From positions 96,001 to 160,000 of the forward strand of contig CAVZRV010000031.1 in the NCBI GenBank assembly GCA_963777605.1: 64,000 bases of DNA. Reading direction: 5' to 3'. This stretch comes from an uncultured Acidobacteriota bacterium (GTDB taxonomy: Bacteria > Acidobacteriota > UBA6911 > RPQK01 > JAPXNP01). Positions 60,032-64,000 of this stretch are shown one piece after another. The position numbers were made by a program, and so were the translations under genes. The notes below the pieces were generated by a model. It saw only the letters and a program-made list of their open reading frames with translations. It made no database searches and had not been told where the DNA came from. Every line of letters starts with the position of its first letter. Within the stretch, counting starts at the first letter, position 1.

Positions 60032-61408
60032 ATGACCGGACTTGCTATCGAACGTCTGGAGGACTTCATCTTCGGCAGCGCTCCGAAGCCGGTCCGTTGC
60101 GGAACCGGCCTGGTGATCGGCGGTGGACGAGTGGTCCCCGAAATCAACTTCACCCTTCCGTCGATCGACATCTGTGACGAGACCTGGGCCGAAGTGCGGC
60201 GGCAGTACGAAGAGATGATCCGGTCGGTACTGGAGAGGGCCGTGGAGCTCGAGACGCCGGAACTGCTGGTCGAGTTCGAAACGCTGCCGCCCATGACGGA
60301 CCGGCCCGAGTGGGGATTGGAGATTTCCGGGCTGCTCTCGGAACGGATGGCGGAATTTCACCGAAGATACGGCCTGCGGACCGCCCTGCGGCTGACACCG
60401 AACGACACGCGGGAGTTCGAACGCCCTCCGCGAATGCGTTCGAACGCACACTGGGATCACATGCTCGAGCTCTTCAACAAAGCGGGAAGCTGGGGGGCCG
60501 ACCTCCTCGCCGTGGAGTCCACCGGAGGGAAGGAGGTTTGCGACGACGCCCTGGTCGAGGCGGATCTGGCCAAGATCGTCTTCGCGCTCGGAGTTCTCGG
60601 AGCCCGCGATATGGAATTCCTCTGGCACCACCTCGTCGACGCGTGCCGGTCCCAGCACATCGTGCCTTCCGGAGATACGGCTTGCGGGTTTGCCAACACG
60701 GCGATGGTGCTGGCGGACCGGAGGATGATCCCCCGGGTTTTTGCGGCGATCGTCCGGGTCGCGTCGGTTCCAAGGAGCCTGGTGCCGTACCGCATCGGGG
60801 CCGCCGGGCCGAGCAAGGACTGTGCCTACGAGGGTCCCTATCTCAAGGCGATCGCGGGCATCCCGATCTCTATGGAGGGCCGGACCGCCGCTTGCGCGCA
60901 TCTCAGCCCGCTGGGCAACGTCAGCCAGGCCGTCTGCGATTGCTGGTCGAACGAATCGGTTCAGAATGTTCAGATGCTGAGCGGGCGGGCTCCTCGGATG
61001 TGTTTGGAGCAGCTTGTCTACGACTGCCGCCTGATGAACACGGCGCTTTCCTCGTCACCTACTCAGGCCAGGCTGTTGAGGGACTGGCTGAGCGATTCCG
61101 ATGCCCCGCTGGATCCCCAGGCCTGGCTGCTGAAACCGGACGTCGTCCTCCGAATATCCGAACAGATCGCCCGGCTCAGCGATCCCTACCTCCAGACGCT
61201 GGCCGCCGTCGGCGCCAGCCTGCAGGAATTGAAGACGGCTTTGGGTTCGGGGCGGCTGCGTCTGCCCGAGCGAGAGCGTCCCTGGCTGGATCGAATGTGC
61301 GACGAGTTCGCAAGACTTCCCGAAACCGAAGACCGAATCATCGAGAAGATGCTTGCCGACGCCTCCGTTGCAGGACGCATTCTGCCTGCCGAGTACGGGA
61401 TCGGCTGA
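60032..61408 (+). CDS. mtaB: Methanol:corrinoid methyltransferase, MtaB family
   Basis: ESTGGKE, GDTACGFANTAM, GPSKDCAYEG, MEGRTAACAHLSPLGN, DCWSNESV, YDCRLMNTA. Confidence 0.88.
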   Translation: MTGLAIERLEDFIFGSAPKPVRCGTGLVIGGGRVVPEINFTLPSIDICDETWAEVRRQYEEMIRSVLERAVELETPELLVEFETLPPMTDRPEWGLEISGLLSERMAEFHRRYGLRTALRLTPNDTREFERPPRMRSNAHWDHMLELFNKAGSWGADLLAVESTGGKEVCDDALVEADLAKIVFALGVLGARDMEFLWHHLVDACRSQHIVPSGDTACGFANTAMVLADRRMIPRVFAAIVRVASVPRSLVPYRIGAAGPSKDCAYEGPYLKAIAGIPISMEGRTAACAHLSPLGNVSQAVCDCWSNESVQNVQMLSGRAPRMCLEQLVYDCRLMNTALSSSPTQARLLRDWLSDSDAPLDPQAWLLKPDVVLRISEQIARLSDPYLQTLAAVGASLQELKTALGSGRLRLPERERPWLDRMCDEFARLPETEDRIIEKMLADASVAGRILPAEYGIG

Positions 61409-61422
61409 GGCGGTCTGGTTCG

Positions 61423-62838
61423 TTATTGTTCTTGTTCAATCACCTTGAGTACATTTTGTGCATTATCAAGGTGAGCCTCATCCTTACCGAGTGTCAGGTA
61501 TTTCTGCAACAATTCACGTGCTCGGCTTCGATCTTTTGCATCGTAAAATAGGCCCATTCCCAATTCGTAGTAGCCTTCTGCGAATTGAGGATTCACCTCC
61601 AACACCTTCTCAAAGGCCTTGTGAGCCCCCTCCTGATTTCCTTTTCTCGTGAAGTCCTTTCCGAGCTCGTAAAAGCCCTGGTCCAGTCGTTTTGACTCCG
61701 ACTCCAACTCCCACTCCTTTTGCAGGGCCTCAAAGCCGAGCGCATACTGCTTGAGCCCGAAATAGGCTCTTGATCTCTCTCCCCAGAAGGCGGATGAATT
61801 GGCGTCGACGATGACGTCGCGAGAGTCATTCAACATGTCTAAAGCCTTCTGATACTGGGACTTGTTGTTGAGCTCTTGAACCTCGGCCAAAGCCGATGCG
61901 GACTTCTTCGCTGCCATCTGACTCTGGAACTGAGCAATCTGTTCTCCAAGGGCCCTGTACGACTGGTTCTCTGGGTCCAATGCCAGTGCCCTTTCCAGAG
62001 CGGTCTTGGCCTCTCCGACGCGCCCGAGCTTGGCATAGGCAACGGCCATACTGAAATGCAGTTGGGCATTCGACGAGTCGATTTGAACTGCCTCCTTGAG
62101 TCCCTTCAGGGCGGCCTCGTAGTCTTCGGCCTGCATCGCCGCATTCGCTTCTGACACGGCCCGTCTGACCGGTAGCGAGTCGAGGAGCTGGCTGGCGGAC
62201 TGGTACAGCCGCTCCAGCGAAGCGTTCTCGACGCTCTGCAGATCCTTGAATGCGTTGAGGATCTGCAGCTCTTTCCGAAGGCTCTCCTCGGACTCGTCCC
62301 AGCGGTTCAGACGTCCGTAGATTACGGCAAGGTTATGATAGACGAGCGGGTTGGACCGATTGATTTCGAGTGACCGCTCAAGCGCTTCCTTTGCCTCAGC
62401 AATCCGACCCTGGTTGAGAAACTCACTGCCTTGCTTTGCGTACTCTTCACTTTTCGCCAAGACCTCAGAGTCTTGGAAATAGAGCTTTTCGTCAGAGTCT
62501 CCCCGTTTCAGGTTGAGGGTTACTGTCTCTTGAGCTTGATCCTTCATGCGGAGAAACTCAAAGTAAGCGGGCGTGAAACCGTCTACCTGAGTCCAGACTC
62601 GATAGACGCCGGCATTCAGCTTATCGAACCGGGCAAGTCCTTCGCTGTTCGTCTTTGCGTCGTCAGCCTTACCATTATTCAAGCACTGCAGGTATACCTT
62701 TATACCCTTCAGTGCTCGACCATCCTGATCGATGCACTTGACTGAAATGAGCCCCGATCCTGCAAACAAAACCTGGCAAAAGGCAAAAAAGTAGGCTAGG
62801 CCAACAAGAGACCGCAAACACCTCTGTTTATGTCTCAT
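61423..62838 (-). CDS. TPR protein with N-terminal carboxypeptidase-regulatory-like domain
   Basis: Signal peptide; KCIDQDGRALKG..TNSEG..LNAGVYRV; TPR repeats. Confidence 0.85.
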   Translation of the reverse strand: MRHKQRCLRSLVGLAYFFAFCQVLFAGSGLISVKCIDQDGRALKGIKVYLQCLNNGKADDAKTNSEGLARFDKLNAGVYRVWTQVDGFTPAYFEFLRMKDQAQETVTLNLKRGDSDEKLYFQDSEVLAKSEEYAKQGSEFLNQGRIAEAKEALERSLEINRSNPLVYHNLAVIYGRLNRWDESEESLRKELQILNAFKDLQSVENASLERLYQSASQLLDSLPVRRAVSEANAAMQAEDYEAALKGLKEAVQIDSSNAQLHFSMAVAYAKLGRVGEAKTALERALALDPENQSYRALGEQIAQFQSQMAAKKSASALAEVQELNNKSQYQKALDMLNDSRDVIVDANSSAFWGERSRAYFGLKQYALGFEALQKEWELESESKRLDQGFYELGKDFTRKGNQEGAHKAFEKVLEVNPQFAEGYYELGMGLFYDAKDRSRARELLQKYLTLGKDEAHLDNAQNVLKVIEQEQ

Positions 62839-63276
62839 TCTCTACTTCTCCTGGCTTAACATTGGGACAAGAATCTCTCTTGACATAGCAAACACCCATC
62901 CTGGTCTGCTTAAGGGGGTGTCCTTCGTCTTGATCGGGACACGGTGTCGACCAGGATTGCGTGAGCGTAAGATCAAATTGGGTTACCACTCTCACGTTCC
63001 AGGATGTCGTGAGTAGCCGCGTGTTGAAACCACCCCTTCGAGTTTACATCATCACCCGTCCGACGAGTAACTGCCGGGTTCGTGGGGCTCGTCGTCGCGG
63101 TTGCACTCCCTCGATCTGCGGGAGTGGCGTGCCCGCGGAATTCTCTCAACCCTGATGTGACGGATCGACGTTTCTGCGTTATCCTATGCAGGACCACTCA
63201 CGAGGCGTTTGCTCATTAGGCCTGCGATCCGCCTCTCCTCGGAGCGGTCGGCAAGACCCGGAATTGGAGAAGGCTG

Positions 63277-64000
63277 ATGGGTGCTGGAGTTGGCATCGAA
63301 TCACGGGTTCTCAATGAGATCAAACGAGCCGCGGGGGGGATCCGTCGACGGGTGATGGAGCACACCATCCTCCACAACGGCGGTTACCTGAGCCAAGCCT
63401 GTTCCTCGGCTGAAATTCTCGCAAGCATCTACCTGAAGATCGCGCGTCTGGGCAGGAGCACCGCTCCGATGGTCCCTCCGCCCTTCCAAGGGGTTCCATC
63501 AGCCTCCCAAATCGGCTATAAAGCGGGCGGAGCCTACAACGGCGCCCGCGATCCGGAGTTCGATCGTTTCTACTTGAGCCCGGCCCCTTACGCTCTGGTT
63601 CTCTACTCCACGCTCATCGAGGTTGGACGTGTGCCTCCGGCCAGCCTCGACCAGTTTAATCAGGACGGTAGCACAGTCGAAATGATCGGCGCGGAACATT
63701 CGCCCGGTTTCGAGATGATGGGGGGGCTCTCGCCCAGACCCTGAGTCAAGCTGCCGGTATTGCGCTGGCGCGCAAGTCAAAAGGACAACAGGGACGTATT
63801 TGGTATCCCGTCTGATGGGGAGTTCCAGGAGGGTCAGACCTGGGAGAGCCTGCAAACCCTGTCGCATTACCATCTCAACAATCTCGGTGTTTATGTCGAC
63901 ATCAACGGTCAGCAGTGCGATGGAAGGACAGAGAACGTCATGCAGATCGAACCTCTCATGAAGCGGATCGAGGCGTTCGGCGGCCGGGTGTTTGGGGTGG
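63277..64000 (+). CDS. Transketolase N-terminal (TPP-binding) subunit; frameshifted; runs off the right edge
   Basis: IRRRVMEH..SSAEILA, DRFYLS; after the G-run at about 63720: QTLSQAAGIALA, SDGEFQEGQTWE..DING. Confidence 0.82.

Noticed and set aside
59306-61551. Long ORFs 59306-60901 (-) and 60310-61551 (+)
   Set aside because: Shadow frames of mtaC/mtaB in GC-rich DNA.
62840-63276. TPP riboswitch or 6S RNA
   Set aside because: The TPP core (CTGAGA..CCTGA..GGGAA) is absent and 6S features are not convincing; kept only as an unassigned structured region.
1-64000. CRISPR array, rRNA, prophage structural genes
   Set aside because: No regularly spaced repeats, rRNA signatures or capsid/terminase-like ORFs were seen.

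Overview
GC-rich bacterial window whose gene content is typical of an Acidobacteriota-like carbohydrate scavenger (inference). (1) 1-33.4 kb is a large secreted glycan/sulfated-sugar utilisation region: TonB-dependent receptor start, two Cys-type sulfatases, an FGE-domain protein, two Tat-exported Gfo/Idh/MocA oxidoreductases, a CRTAC1/ASPIC-UnbV + TPR pair, a beta-helix protein, an aldose-epimerase-like protein, a ceramidase-like hydrolase, and two families of large unclassified glycosidase-like paralogs (3 copies and 2 copies). (2) 33.5-46.7 kb is a decayed mobile island punctuated by IS6-type ends. It holds a headless MarR, an IS1182 remnant, and a compact RepB-primase / VirB11 / VirD4-type coupling protein / PD-(D/E)XK protein module around a hairpin- and iteron-rich putative origin. 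It also holds an intact IS6, a SnoaL gene, a tRNA-Arg(TCT) 3'-half att site next to a tyrosine integrase remnant, a GntR + serine hydrolase operon and an internally deleted IS6. (3) 46.7-57.7 kb is a cluster of two signal-peptide nucleoside hydrolases, ribokinase, two CRTAC1 proteins and three TPR proteins. (4) 58-61.4 kb is a PocR-like/AraC regulator divergent from a methanol-type corrinoid methyltransferase pair (mtaC-mtaB). (5) A TPR protein, a hairpin-rich intergenic region and a transketolase N-terminal subunit end the window. Many genes carry single-base frameshifts, probably long-read consensus errors. No CRISPR array or rRNA was seen.
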